A stretch of DNA of 64,000 nt from Vicugna vicugna (taxonomy: Eukaryota): assembly GCA_013265495.1 (NCBI GenBank), contig MU058636.1:124001-188000 (forward strand), in the 5' to 3' direction. The position numbers and the translations under genes are program-made. Within the stretch, counting starts at the first letter, position 1, and each line of letters starts with the position of its first letter. The notes under the pieces are model-generated. The model was not told the origin of the DNA. It worked only from the letters and a program-made list of their open reading frames with translations, and did not search any database. Below are positions 12,901 through 25,560 of this stretch, in pieces.

Positions 12901-15900
12901 ATACCCGGGGCCTGGTGTCCACGACGTACATGTAGCGGTTGGCTGGGTTGGCTTTGCTGATGGCCTGAAGCAAATGCTCGTCCTCCAGGCACCGGGCACT
13001 GAATCCTGACAGTGGCTGACTACATCGACAAATGGCAGCCTAGTTTTAAAAAGATAGAAAACAGATTATTCAAAGATAAATCTAAAACCTATCTGAAAAA
13101 CATCTTAAAAGGAGAAAACCCCAAAAGTTAAAATCAAATGCATAGTCTGTTTAAAAGCTGGCAGGACAATTCGGGTGTTAACTTTGAAATTCTATTTGGA
13201 TTAAATACTGTTTCAACGTCTTGATGTTACTTAAGTTTTCCCAATACTATCTCCTACTAAGAAACTTAAATAGCTCCTTATCTAGTTTGATGGAAAAAAA
13301 AATCTTTCATCCTAAGAAGCAACACCTGTTCGATTCTGTATCAGGTAACCTACCAGACAGCTGCATTCTGTGCTCTGGATTATAAGATTCTTTCAACTCA
13401 AGTTCAGGTAAATGAATCATCAATAAATGTAGAATATAATTTTTTTAAACAGCACCATTTGAACTTTTACTTTCCAAAGGCTTTCAGAGCTCTCATTAGA
13501 AATCAGCAAACTTTATATAAAATGAGACATAAAATGAGAAAAATGAACTTCAATTCAAATTTGGTTAAAATAGTCAATCTAAGAGAGCAAAAATAACTAA
13601 GAAGTAGTGCGTGTTGGAGTAGATTATCTACTGTTGTTCAGTCTTAAGAAAAGATTTAAAAGACTTAGACCCATGTACCTTTTTCCCAATCTCAGCCATA
13701 CCAGCTCCAACTTAACTCTACCCAAACATTCCAACCACAGTATCATTAAGGAAAAAAGTATATATAAATTCATATTCACACATAAAATAAAACCATGAAA
13801 ATGTAATAAAACAGTAGAAGAAAATGAGGACCGCCTTATTAAGGTTTTCTCAGACCGACTCTCTGGCTTGTTGGGTTGGGCACTGCGTATCTGTTTTCAG
13901 CCCAGTGTTCTAATAAAAAAATGTATACAAACATGGGTGTGTCAAACAGAGGCCTTAACTAGTCATAACTCCCTATGACTTTGTTATGAAAAGCAGATTA
14001 GGAACTTCTGTTTCAAGTTTTACTTTTTACCTCTGGCTCCCTTCTCAAACCCAACTAAAGTTCTAAGGAAGAAATTTTAAATGTATAACACCAAAAGGTC
14101 AAAGAAAATGAGAAAAGAGACAAAAATTGAGTAGAGCCATCAATAAAATGTGGGGAAATGAAAACGGACTGACAAGTAGTAACCGATTTAGCAAAGAAAG
14201 CTGACAACTTGTTCCGAGTCAAAAGGAAGCAAGGTATTCTCAGCAGCAAAAGCCCAGTAAGGCCCAGGAGCCGACACCTCTGAAGGCCTGACGGGGGATA
14301 ATGGAACACAGCTAGGCTGGGGTGAAGCCCTGTGCCCACCCAAAACAAGATTAAGTAAAGCCCGAGTAACAAAACGTGCGACCTCCCCACCCCTCTTCCC
14401 ACACTTGGACCCTGGACAGGCTTACGACACACGGTGGTGTGAAAATCACAACAGAAAAAAATCCAGAGAAGATCACTCAAGCGCACAAGCGAACTTCTCA
14501 ACAGCTTTGAAGCACCTCACTCTTAAATACGAGAGGCCAGCCAAGACTCAGATATTCGAAAGACATGGAAAACAAAATAAATAAGAAAAAAAAAACTGAG
14601 CAGACTGCTATGTGGGCAGCACAAGAATTCTTTCTAAAAAATTCTTTAACATCTTCAGAGTCACATCCAAGAAGAGAAAACTAAAAAAGTTCAGAAAAAA
14701 AATTTTTTAATAAAAAAAAAAAAGCTCAGAAAACAGGAAAGAATTCTTGGATTTTTAAAACATTACAGCAAAAATAAAGGAGACAGGAGATGGACTGAAG
14801 ATAAGGTTGAAGAATTCTTACCTCAAGAGATAAATAGGAGAGAAAATTAAGAAAAATGCAAGTTTATGTTAAGAAGCCCACTTGTCAACACACACACACA
14901 AAGCACAAAAAAATTAATAGAAGAGACGAAATTACCAAAGAAAGGAGCAACCTCCCACAACAGAGTCCTGAGTTTCCAGACAGAATTTAGAACAACACGG
15001 CAAGGCACATCACCGTGAAACTTCAGAACCCTGAGGAAAAAGACAATTCTAAACACTTCCCAGGGAAAAAACCAGCTCACAAAGGACAGGGCGTCAGAAC
15101 TGGCATCGAGCCCTCAAGTTACCAGCTGTGACGAGAAGAGATCCACCCTCTCTGAACCACCGGTCCCCACGGAAAGGGACAGGTAAGGAGCAGAGCTGAC
15201 AGGCTTGCCCCGCGGCTCCCACGCACAGAGAGCACTAATCACGCAGGCCCTCCTGCCTGCGCAGGGGCTGCAGGTAAGCTTCACCGTGCTGAGCAATCCC
15301 TGTCACGGCGTCTCGGTATAAAGACGCCGCCTCCACCCCTTCTCACTGGAAAAGTCCTCCCATGTGAGGAGCTTACTATTAAAACGGGAGCCTGAAAGAC
15401 CCTTGGTTCTCTCCCTTTTCTCAATAGCTGGCTTGTCCAAACTATCTGCTCTCCCTGCAAACAAGCAGGATCAAAAGAGAACCAGAGGAAAGCAGGAAGA
15501 ATCCATCTGCTCACAAATCCTGTTGCTGTTTTCAAGTCACTCCTGGAAGGGAAGAAGGAAAGGATGAGGGGGAGGGGAGAAAGATGACAAGTATGAGAGT
15601 TTCCGTATTTCAGGATAATTTTGTTTTTAAATTTCAATCATGTTATTAAGGGAAAAGCCAGCACTTCTCCATCAGCAATATAACAATGACCTCTTAATGT
15701 AAAAATGAGTGTTCTTTCGGATACTTACGCCTGAAGAGGGTTATGCTTCAATTGTAAAATCAAAAGAAAGCTTCCTACCTCCTTACTCTGATGATAGTAG
15801 GAAAGAACAGGGAACCGCCCCTTGCTCCGGAACTTGGAACTACCAACAATTATTGGCTTGCTTGCTATTCGGGGAACATAAAGTTCTTTGGGGTAAGTTT

Positions 15901-18900
15901 CGCAAATCTGTAAAAATCAAATAAAACATAACCATTGCACTCATGGTTCCAAATCCAAGAGCTTAAAAAACACCTTTCAAACACTAAAACATACAAACGC
16001 AAGAACAGTACAGAGTAGTACACGGACAAGCCGCTACTATGACTCTGACTCTCGGTCCCAGCATTTTCTGACTGACAGGGTACCTTGTAATCCCTGTTGG
16101 CGTCAGACAGCTGCCAGTTTGAATTCGGCACCCCCATCCTCTGATACTCCTCCGCAAGGTCAATGAGCTGCCAGCCTCGCCGTCTTTCTGAATCGTTTTG
16201 TTTGGGGTTATAAGAGAATGCGTAGAGGTCTTCATATTTTGCTATGGTACACAAAACACACAAATGTTAAAATGCAGTTTATAGGATTTAATAATTTTTG
16301 TTTTATCCCTCCATTTTTAAAAAATTTTCAGAGATAGCTAATACCTGAACATACTTGAACCTACTATTTTCCCAGTTCTTTGATGAAAATGAGTAATCTG
16401 AAGACACATATGTCGATCTAAGATTTCATTTGTACCATTAGCAAAACCTAGTAAATATCACAGTAAGACTTAGACATTACTGCAATACTTCCTTCCCTTA
16501 AAAGTAAAATTTTGAAGAGAGAAGCAGACACTTCCCACCCACCACTCTTCCCAAATGAAACGTAACACGGAGGACTAATGCTTTAACCAAGAACTAGAGA
16601 TGGCACAGAAAAACGGGAAAGTGCACGTACATTCCACAGGACGGTGTTGGCCAAAACCAGCAGAGGGTGCACAGAGCCCCCAAGAGCATCTGCTCCTGAA
16701 CAACGCCATGCCCCAAAGTCGGAGAAGCGTGCCCGCTGTGGGACGGGGCTTCCCTAGGGGCGGTGCAGACACCCGTACAGGCTCTGAGGGTCCAGAGAGG
16801 AGCTGGAGAGAAGAGTGAGAGGGGACCTGCTCCGAGACGGCTGCAACCCAGGTGTGCAACACACAAGGAACAGTCAGGAACCAGTGAGCTCTGTCTCCAT
16901 GGAGACAGCCACGGCATCCAGCATGCTGGGGGAGGAAGCCTGCAGACACCAGGGCACCAGCGCCGGTAAGAGTCCTCCCCCGGGGCCAATAATGCCCTCA
17001 CTCCTGCCTCCACTAAAGCAGGAGTCACGCTCTCTTACCCCTGCTCACTTCAGTCAATCTAAGGAATCAGCCCCACTGTGGCCAGGTGAGCCTGACCTCC
17101 CTTAACTTTTCATGCAGTAATCAACTTCCAAGTCATTCCTCTTGGCTCTGGGACACCCACTAAAAAAAAAAAAAAAAAGCTGGGCTACTGGCTCTCAACA
17201 GACTTTGAAAACATCAACAGCAATCTGGTTCGTCAAGCCTGTACCACTGTAAATGCTTCACTCTTTCCTTGCTATTTCCCTGCCTTTGGAAACCATTCCT
17301 ACAGTTCAGATCGGAAGTTTCTCATCATTTCTAGGCCAAATTTTTTGGAACACAGCACACAAGAACCCAACTTAAGAGTAACCTGAAGTATAATGTAACA
17401 ATAATGAGATTTTAAATAAAGTATCTTGGATTATCTAGTCCATCTCAATTAGCAAGTAAGCTCTGGTCCTGGAGAACAGCACCTTGCTTTGACAGCTGTA
17501 GTAGAGAGTTGTAGATGTCGTGGCAATCTCTTTCTCTGGGAACGATGAAATGCACAGTCCGGAAGTTCTTGCACTGAATCACCAGTGGGCACCCCGACGT
17601 CGTCAGAGCCAGCTTCTCCACCGAGGCAATGTGGTGGTGCAAGATCTACAACGGGAGACAACATCTGATCATCATTACAGAAAAGCACAAAACAGCTACT
17701 GTCTCCCAGAGTGCAGACATGTGAGAAACGCCTCTGCAAACAGTCTCCGATCTTAAACTACACACGCAAATTTTTAATGACCATATGCCCAAGCCAGAAA
17801 CAGGCTCCGTCTACTCCTGACCCTCTGAGCTGTTTTCTACAAGGCAGAGGGGTGACCATTAAAAAGCACCCCCTCCCCCCAAAGCATTCTAGTCACGTCA
17901 TTTCCCACTTCTCTAGCCTCATTCCAATTCCTCCGCACACTCAAGTCCTAGTGACCACGGCCATCACCTGGCTCCTCTGTACACGCACGGGGCTGCTCCT
18001 GCCAACTGGGATGATAGCTCTGCCCCTTCAGCCAGGAACTCCAGGCCTTTGCTTACAACTCATCACCGAGAGAGAATCCCACAGCCCAGGTGACGCCACC
18101 GCTTTATTCAAAAGGAGGGCGGAAGTGCTCACATGACTTTGAAAAATTTCTCATTTAGACAGGCAACACCTAAAAATGCTTGTACATATTCAAAATAAAA
18201 CACAGTGAAGGACGAGCCCATTGCAATAATCGTGGTAACCCGGCTGCGGTCCTCCTTACCCAGGTTTCTTTCTGGTGAGAGTCTATGAACAACAGATGTG
18301 TGGCCGTGAGGTACAGGGTCCCTGTCAGTGCCTTGTTGCTGCTACTGAATCGGTCAAGTAATTTCACTTGCTCAACCTGAGAAAGAAAAAGGTGTTATTT
18401 CTCATTTCAAAAGTGGAATAAAATCCATTTTCTGTTATCCCATAATTCAAATGTACATTTGCAAATGTTTTCCTCCTGTTCAAAAACGTGAGTTTATTTA
18501 ATGTCGAAAGTTAAATTTCAAGTATCTTGGGGAATGTGTCACCCACAAACAACATAGGCATTATTTACAGTTACAAACATAACCAACAGAGAGAACTCTG
18601 TAAAAAAGGCACATGAATACGAAAGAGAACCGGAAGGAGGGCCGTGGTATAAATGAGCACAAACACTTTTTGTATTCAAGAGGCAGTATACTGAAAAATT
18701 GTGCTGAACACTGGAATTTGACACAACATTGTAAAATGATTATAAATAAATAAAAAATGTTAAAAAAGAGGCAGTATATTTTATTTAAAGTTGGCAAGTC
18801 AAGAAATAAATACATAAACGTTATTATCTAGTGCCATGAAAGTGATCTACCAGGAAAAACCAATCCTGGACAAGCTCAGTGGCTGCGAACACCCCTCACT

Positions 18901-19176
18901 CTGCCCAGCATCCCCCCAGGAAAGCTCTGTGTCCAGTTCTGCACTTCTCCCCACCTGCTCTCCCTCCTCACTCAGCCTCTCCTGCTCAGCCAAGTGCGAT
19001 GCCACCTTCAGGGCTCATTGATGCCCTCTCTTAACAGGAATCCTCAGAAAATTAATTAATAACTAATGTCAGCGCTGCATTTCTTCCTGGCTCTGAATTC
19101 CCTCGCATGTCACATGCTGCCTGATTGCCCTCTGTGGCTGAGGCAGTGAGGTGCACAGTACATCTTTATCAATGGT

Positions 19177-19211
<35 letters not shown>

Positions 19212-22200
19212 ACGTGCACACAGGTGCCACTGGAGAGTGTGGCCAGAGTTGGCCAAGAATGTGCAGGAGAGTACTGCTTTGAAAAGATAATATTTATTAC
19301 TACTCATTCCTTTGGGGAGGAGGGGAAGTAAAAAAACCTTTACCAACTAAAAATATTAACCCACAGCTGTCTTCAAAACCACAGAGCTAACCATTACCTC
19401 GTTAATTCTATACTTTTACCTCATATATATCTTCTTTTCCCTTACTAAAATTGAAAAATACCCCACTATGAAATTAGGATTTCCAAAATAATCAATAACT
19501 ACAACTTAAAAGGCTAATTAGATCTCCAAGAGGCTCAATGCCATAGTGTTTTATTTATAACAGCAGTGTCCAAATAAGTTAAAATTTAAATGCAGAACAA
19601 AATATTTTATTGTGATTCAAAACTCCACCTGCAAGGGTAAGGCAGTGAATTGAGTTTCAACACTTCCCTCTGGAAACTTAGAGACAGGATCTAACTTACT
19701 GCAGCTCAGGTCTGGCAGCTGATTTGACAGATAAAAACTAAAACCTGTCAGATCACCATGCACTGCCTTTAAAGCCACAGGAAAACTTCCTTCTTATAAA
19801 CCTGAATGAAGATTTCTCTCGGAAGTCAACATTTGTTTCTTTGTTTAGGGCTAGTTTGCTAATTCACTCCAAAATGCACTGGCTACCAACTAAAGGTCAA
19901 TCTGTCTGGGCCTCACTTTCTTTATCTGTGGAATAGGGACAAAACCCTCTCCCTCAAGGGCTGCAGGAAGGCTGGGGAATAGATGTCAGGTCCTTTACAT
20001 CACGTTTGCCTGAGAAATAGTAAGCAACAAAGTGAGCGAATGAAAGTTTAAAGAAATTCTGTTGCTAGCGAGCTCAGGAGGTAAGCTGATCCTGACAGTC
20101 CTCTGTACTGACCACTGTCCAGTTCAGAGCAGACAGGAAGGAGGAGGCACGTGGACTTGAAAAGCAAGCTCAGTCTCCTAACCTGAGTGCTAGGGTTGGA
20201 ACACCCACATTCTCCTAGTGTTAAGTATCAAAAGCAAAGCTCGACAAAATTTTCTTGACTGATGCAGAGGAAACACAGAAGTGTCAATACAGGACGATGC
20301 ATTATGTAAGAAGGGGAGGGACGTAGCATCTTACCTGATGAAAAAGAAGCACCTGTTAAGGTAGAGAAACTGCTGTAAAGACAACCAGTGGAGGACTTTG
20401 AGCACAGCAGCCTGTGATCAGATGCCGTCAGAGGACCTTTCTGACGGCAACGCGGAGAATGCACTGAGTTGGGAAAAGACTGGTCCTGCGGTAACCGGGT
20501 AGGAGGCCACAGAGGTACCTAGGGGAGCCCCGGGAGGATGTGATACAGGCCAAGAGCCCCCCCCACCCCCCGAGATAACAACAAACTGGTGTGAGAAGGA
20601 AGGGACCTAGAGGTTTCTTAAAGACACTACGCCTGTCAGGGCCAGCTGCCATTTACTGAGATAAAGTATAAAAGGAAAAGTGAGTGAGGGAAAAGAGTCT
20701 AGCTTGACGATAACGAACTAAGGATTACCCATCACCTTAGTAAGTGCAAAACTATATTCAAATCAAAATATAATAAAAATCAGGGCATGTCTCCTTCAAC
20801 ATGGAATCTCTATATGGATGTGACAGATAATAAATCTGAAATCATTCAAAGACATTTATTTAATACCTAAAGTTCTGGAGAAAAATAAGAGATTTTCCAA
20901 GAAAACATACAGATTATTCTGCTCTTTGCTGAAAATCCTAAGACTGTAAAAACAAAGAAGTCAGATCTTGTTTGCTAAGAGCGCACAAAGCTCACCCACA
21001 CACGCCGCCGGTTTCTAAACCCCACCTGCTGCTGCTGGTTTCCTCTTTTCAGCGAGAGCCGAAAGCCCTGCACAGATGTTGCTGTGGACTTTTCCTGGTG
21101 TTTTCATGGAAATGTTTTCAGAGATTTAAGAAGCAACTACGACTCTCACAAGCACTGAGGCACTTCAGAAAGAGTCGAGACCCTTCTTATAGGCAGTGTC
21201 ACAGGCAAAAAGGAAATGGGGAAGAGGGAGGTTGGGGAAAAGAGAATAAACAGAAGGGTAAGGAGCAGGGAGAAAAGAGCCGGAGGGTGTGGTCCTTATG
21301 TGGAGGATGGGAGATGCCAACACATCACCTTAAGGGCCAGTAGATCTGTTGCCAACTCTGGGCCTGCGCTCAAAGGTACCCTGATGGTCTATACAGAAGC
21401 TCAGGTTGCAGCTGACTACACAGCTGGAAGGGAAAAACACAGGGAGTCACAGACAGATCACATCCTGAAAATTCAGACACCCAAGAGGGGAAAGTGGCCC
21501 CTGGGGCAGGAGGGACCAATGGCCTTCCTCAGTCCAAGCTCTGTGACCCACGGCTGTATTCACTCTATGACAGGACAGGGCGATTGAAGCTGGGATGGCC
21601 TGCCGAGGCCTCTCCGGCTCCCTGTGATCCCTCCCTACAGCCAGGCATCCACCTGGGACCGAGAACCATTATTCCATGCTCCAGAAGTCCCCCGCGATGA
21701 CGGGAACACGGACAACTCCGAGTCTCCTGCTCCGGGCCAGACCTCCTCCCTCACTCCAGACCCTCGTCATCAGCATCCTGCCACCTGCTCCTCTCCCCGC
21801 TCCCCTCCCATCCGGTCCTCCTCACACTGACCCACCTCCTACTCAAACCTCTTGACAAGATCACTGTTCTGCGAGGCAGGAGGGGGAGTGGCCATGGGAA
21901 CAGGATGGGCATCAGAAGCCCAGATCCAGGGCCCGGATCCAGGCTCCCGGCTCCACCTCTTCCTTCGCGGAGCCAGCTGTTCGGGTCAGGACAGGTTATT
22001 TTATTTAATCTTTGCAAGTTTCAATTTTCCCACCTGTATAATAGGATAACATTAGTGTGAGCCAAGGTAGCACTTTACATGGGGAAAGCATTCAGGTGCT
22101 CCTCCAAGTCTATGGGCTCTAATTTCAAAAAACAAAATAATATCAGTTTCTCCTTGTTCTTGATCCATTCTTAGTTTTGCATTCCCTTCCCTCTTCGTAA

Positions 22201-25166
22201 TACATAACATGGATCTGTCTGTATACGTGTGTACTCTCACATTCTGATGACAAGGGGTAACAAGCCAAGAACAAATGGAGCATTACTTTTGAAATTACTC
22301 AAGCTGAATACCAGTGGGGTTGGGTTTTCACGGGACATCTCACTCAACCAACTCTAGGAAGCAGTCTTTCACGTACGTCTAGGCTCGGAAAACATTCTTC
22401 CACTTCCTTCTGCAAAGCTATACTCATAAACAGCACACTACCATCTGGGGCAATCCACGATGTCAGCCAAGCACTGGCGCCTGGCAGGGAAAGGGGAAAG
22501 AGGGCATGAAGAAGAACTGACTCTGCACGTTTCCGTTGTCTCCTGCCCAGAATCTCTCATTGCAGCAAAATCAGAGCTCAGAGTGACGGGCAGCAGTGAC
22601 ATTGCTCATAAGCACAGCTTGGAAATCTCTTTCAAAAATTCAAATTCTGACTTGACATCTTTTTTGATGCTACGCAATGAGTAGCCCAAATGTGACCAAA
22701 ACAGGGTGATATAACTGTTCCTGAATTTTAGAATTATACAGCCATTTAATTAGTAGTCAGCTCAAATACTTGATCTGATGTATCTCAGATTAGTAAGCGG
22801 TAATTTTTAAAAAGGTCTATAAACAGTACAAAAAAAACACCACCACATAAAAATGATTTACTTACGATAAGAGGTTTGGGGAAAAAAAAGCTTAAAATTA
22901 CTATTAAGACTTTTTTCTGAGTTAATATTAATATATGTGAACAAAACAGATGAAAACTGGAGAGATAACAGGAAAGTCATTATCAGTCTTGGGAGTTAGA
23001 CAAACCTTGGTTTAAATCTCGGCTCTCCCCATCCTGAGCTAACTGAGCAGGTTCCTTCCACTCTCTAAGCCTATTTCCTTCTCGTCTGCAAATGTACATA
23101 ATGTCCCCAACCGGCAGCATTAAGAGTTTGGGGATAATCTTGTATAAATTAACGTAACTGTGACATCACATCGTGCAGCTGGCTGCACTGACACACGGCT
23201 GCTCGTAAGTGGTGATTACTACTTCTCAAACACAGCGGTCTGCGCGACGTAGAACCAACTGCTAGTTCCACGGCAGTCAGTCCTTGATCACGACTAAACT
23301 AGAGAGTTCAAAACAGCTAAACAAACGGAAAGCAATTCATTTTTACTTTTTAAATACTTACAACTATTTTTGCAGGAAATTAACTGTCCAGGTGAAGGCG
23401 ATGCATAATGGAAACAAAACATTGGCTATTCAATCTTTTAAGACTAAGTGATGACTCAGGAAAATGTTAGAGTTCACACAACTGCTCTCAGAATGCACTG
23501 TGAGATCCATGCTTGTCGTGCTCACTGTTGTGTGCCCACTGTTGTGTGCCCAGTGTCTGTATGGGGACCGACACACAACACGTACCTAGTAGATATCCAT
23601 TTAATTGCAGTCTATGTACAGCCACATTCCAGACCAGCAGAGGTCTAATGCTAGAAAAATAACCAAAGTAATAAAGGAGCACACTTGAGAAGTAATTTTT
23701 ATGGAAAATTAGTCAGAAGTTTTTTCATCCTAAAAAAGTCATTAAAAAACCTTTACTAAACCACCAGTGTTAGCCCACTGTGAAAAGGTAAGACTAAATC
23801 AGAAAATTAAAGTTCATAACCTGGTAGTTAGTGAGGAACAGCAGAGCAAACGAAAGTTGCCAGCAAGAATCTTAAGGAAATAAGGTAAAGAAATAAAAAC
23901 GAAGATACACGTTCATTATAAATTTAAGGCAGGAAAACGTAAAATAAGCCCAGGGATCCTAAAGCTCTTCCAACACTCTGTTCACTCTTACCAATCCTTA
24001 GGAATAGATTTGTTCTAAATGAGTAAATTCAGTTCATTTTTACTGTTTTTCTATTGTGCACTATAAACTGTAACAAGCACGGTGAAAGGTGCAGAGATGA
24101 GGTGCAGTCTGGCACAGAAGGAATTCCCTGCACACAGCTACCACGTACACACATGAGGAATCTGGGCGCTGGGACAAGAACCTGATCTGATGCCCACCCT
24201 AGTCCTCCCTGCCACCTCTGCAGTCTTCTACTAGTTTGGTTATTTACCTAAGCACCCTCTACCTTCAAACTTTAAGTGGCAGCAACTTGAATTTTAGAGT
24301 TACTTTATCTTTCTTCTCTTAAAAATACAAAGATTTTGAAAATGGGGTTGCTTTTTAGCATCCTTAATTTTACTAGGTACAGTATGTGCCATGTTAAAAA
24401 CATGCTCTAATACACGTCCCTGCACACCGTAAAAAGGGTTGTGAAACACTTTAATGACATAGATCTCAAATTCTCCCTGCAACAAATGAAGGCGTGTGTC
24501 GGCCCTTTTCCTAAATGAGCTGTGACTTGAGGACGAGCAGCTACGGACTGACCCTGACCGTTTCGGAAAAACCCGGGGAGTCAAGATTCGCAGTGGGTCT
24601 TCTTCCTGATTCTGCAGGTTCCGCGCGGTCTTAAAAGGATGCTACTCAATGCTTCTGATTCCGAGTTACGTTTTCTCCCTTCCCAAAGTTGAAGCTGAAC
24701 TAAAATGCTGTCGGTAAAGTACCTTGGTGTCATTTTCTCCTGTTTTAACAGCTGTACCAGAATCATTAGAATCTGTGTTTTCTCAAAATAAGTGTCTTTC
24801 ACACACAAAATGAAGGGGCTGAATATGCTCAGCTGAGGAACCAGACACGCTTCCCGTAACGCGTCTGTCCAGCGGGGTCCTGACACTAGAGGCGAGCAAG
24901 TTCGACCAGAGCCCCAGGAAAACGAGGGGGAGCGGGGCGCCGGTCCAGCTCCCGCAGCGCCGGCCGCGAGGATGCGGGGCCGGGGACACAGGGGCTCCGG
25001 CGCGGGGCCACAGCGGCGCCGACTCGGCCCAGGAACGGCGGCCGTCCGCCCCCGCCCGAAGCCCCTGGGCGGCCGCCTCCGCGCCCCGGGCCGGGCCCGC
25101 CGGGCCCCTCCGCCCGAGGCGAGCCGCCGTCTGCGCGCCCACCTTGGTCGTACGGATGTGCTCCAT
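3713..25166 (-). CDS. MTMR6: Myotubularin-related protein 6, complete spliced CDS (14 exons, 1866 nt, 621 aa)
   Basis: Exons read manually join in phase with GT-AG ends: 24+117+163+158+129+135+133+110+126+50+201+132+127+261=1866. Starts [18 protein letters not shown], has catalytic [10 protein letters not shown], ends EYGVARMTC*. Confidence 0.97.
4720..5340 (+). mobile_element. Highly decayed L1 (L1ME-like) 3' remnant
   Basis: A-rich; phrases resembling the L1 ORF2 C-terminal region; boundaries uncertain. Confidence 0.45.
5789..5915 (-). CDS. MTMR6: MTMR6 exon 13 ([18 protein letters not shown]...KDLES), coiled-coil region
   Basis: taaag|GTT ... TCT|gtaagt; 127 nt. Confidence 0.94.
5999..6130 (-). 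CDS. MTMR6: MTMR6 exon 12 ([12 protein letters not shown]...VSFNFK)
   Basis: ccgcag|GCT ... CAA|gtaagt; 132 nt. Confidence 0.95.
6050..6970. promoter_or_regulatory. Intragenic CpG island in MTMR6 intron 11 / exon 12
   Basis: About 0.9 kb of GC- and CpG-rich sequence within AT-rich surroundings; function unknown. Confidence 0.7.
7474..7674 (-). CDS. MTMR6: MTMR6 exon 11 ([15 protein letters not shown]...EREELK)
   Basis: gctag|GTG ... CAA|gtaaga; 201 nt. Confidence 0.96.
8092..8141 (-). CDS. MTMR6: MTMR6 exon 10 ([17 protein letters not shown])
   Basis: atag|GTT ... GAG|gtgagt; 50 nt. Confidence 0.95.
8988..9113 (-). CDS. MTMR6: MTMR6 exon 9, catalytic CX5R motif ([10 protein letters not shown])
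   Basis: tctcag|GCG ... ATG|gtaagg; 126 nt. Confidence 0.97.
9250..9388 (+). mobile_element. Vic-1-like tRNA-derived SINE, internally deleted
   Basis: GGGCAGGGGTATAGCTCAG A box, GGTTCAATCC B box, A-rich tail; TCACAG repeated at 9244-9249 and 9389-9394. Confidence 0.8.
9652..9761 (-). CDS. MTMR6: MTMR6 exon 8 ([37 protein letters not shown])
   Basis: ttgcag|TCA ... AAG|gtgcgt; 110 nt, phases fit both neighbours. Confidence 0.92.
10150..10430. mobile_element. MER3/MER33-like hAT-Charlie DNA transposon relic
   Basis: CTGTCCAATATGGCAGCCAC...ATGGCTACTG...GAACTGAGATGTGCTGTAAG pattern. Confidence 0.65.
10505..10637 (-). CDS. MTMR6: MTMR6 exon 7 ([14 protein letters not shown]...QRLLE)
   Basis: tttag|CTG ... 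AAG|gtatga; 133 nt. Confidence 0.96.
11934..12048 (-). other. MTMR6: MTMR6 alternative cassette exon (intron 6), 115 nt, frameshifted with in-frame TGA
   Basis: T-rich tract + tag|CAT ... CAA|gtgagc; reads [27 protein letters not shown], and the shifted frame continues [11 protein letters not shown]; resembles the insert I recall in the long rodent MTMR6 isoform. Confidence 0.8.
12451..12698. repeat. Compound (CA/TA)n microsatellite in MTMR6 intron 6
   Basis: About 250 bp of alternating purine-pyrimidine ending in (GT)n. Confidence 0.95.
12905..13039 (-). CDS. MTMR6: MTMR6 exon 6 ([12 protein letters not shown]...VDTRPR)
   Basis: actag|GCT ... CGG|gtatgt; 135 nt. Confidence 0.95.
14040..15110 (+). 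mobile_element. Decayed old L1/HAL1-like ORF1-region remnant
   Basis: Very A-rich; phrases resembling L1 ORF1 3' half near 14960-15110; boundaries uncertain. Confidence 0.45.
15779..15907 (-). CDS. MTMR6: MTMR6 exon 5 ([12 protein letters not shown]...YHQSKE)
   Basis: tacag|ATT ... GAG|gtagga; 129 nt; contains myotubularin [12 protein letters not shown]. Confidence 0.95.
16084..16241 (-). CDS. MTMR6: MTMR6 exon 4 ([13 protein letters not shown]...NRDYK)
   Basis: catag|CAA ... AAG|gtaccc; 158 nt. Confidence 0.95.
17483..17645 (-). CDS. MTMR6: MTMR6 exon 3 ([11 protein letters not shown]...LQLSKQ)
   Basis: tgtag|ATC ... AAG|gtgctg; 163 nt. Confidence 0.95.
18260..18376 (-). CDS. MTMR6: MTMR6 exon 2 ([10 protein letters not shown]...QKETW), PH-GRAM region
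   Basis: tctcag|GTT ... TGG|gtaagg; 117 nt. Confidence 0.95.
18691..18765 (+). mobile_element. 75-bp 5'-truncated L1 3' end of the same young family
   Basis: Near-identical to the reverse complement of ~40205-40281; perfect 13-bp TSD AAGAGGCAGTATA at 18678-18690 and 18766-18778. Confidence 0.92.
19178..19209. repeat. (AC)n microsatellite
   Basis: Perfect dinucleotide run. Confidence 0.95.
22980..23215. mobile_element. MIR SINE relic
   Basis: AGACAAACCTTGGTTTAAATCTCGGCTC...CACTCTCTAAGCCT core. Confidence 0.55.
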
Positions 25167-25560
25167 CCTGAGGACGCGTCCGCCGGCAGCCGCACTGGGC
25201 GCACCATGGAGCGGAGGAGCGGAGACCGGTGGCGGCGCCCCTGGCCCAGCAGGAACCAGCTCCGCCGCCGGCCGCGTCCACCGCGCACGCGCGGCCCGCC
25301 CCGCCGTCTCCTGGAAACACTTCCCCAAACCCGGCCGCCGAGGGGGCGCGGCGCGGTGGGCAGAGCGGCGGCGGCGCGGGGAGAGCGGCGGCGGGATGGT
25401 GCGGGGCCGCCGCGGGTCCCACAGCGCCCCTTGCCGGCGGAGGCCCTCCAGTCCCGAGGAGAGCGCGGTCCTCTCAGGCGGCTGGCCGTTTTCTCCGCTC
25501 CAGACTGGGTCCATGTGCACGTGCTTACGCAGAGAGAATTTGGTGGGGGAGGGCGAGACA
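24840..25560. promoter_or_regulatory. CpG island / MTMR6 promoter and first exon
   Basis: Very GC- and CpG-dense with GC boxes; surrounds the MTMR6 ATG; boundaries approximate. Confidence 0.9.
25143..25166 (-). CDS. MTMR6: MTMR6 exon 1 coding part (MEHIRTTK)
   Basis: CAGGATGG strong Kozak; donor AAG|GTGGGC; inside a CpG island. Confidence 0.95.
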
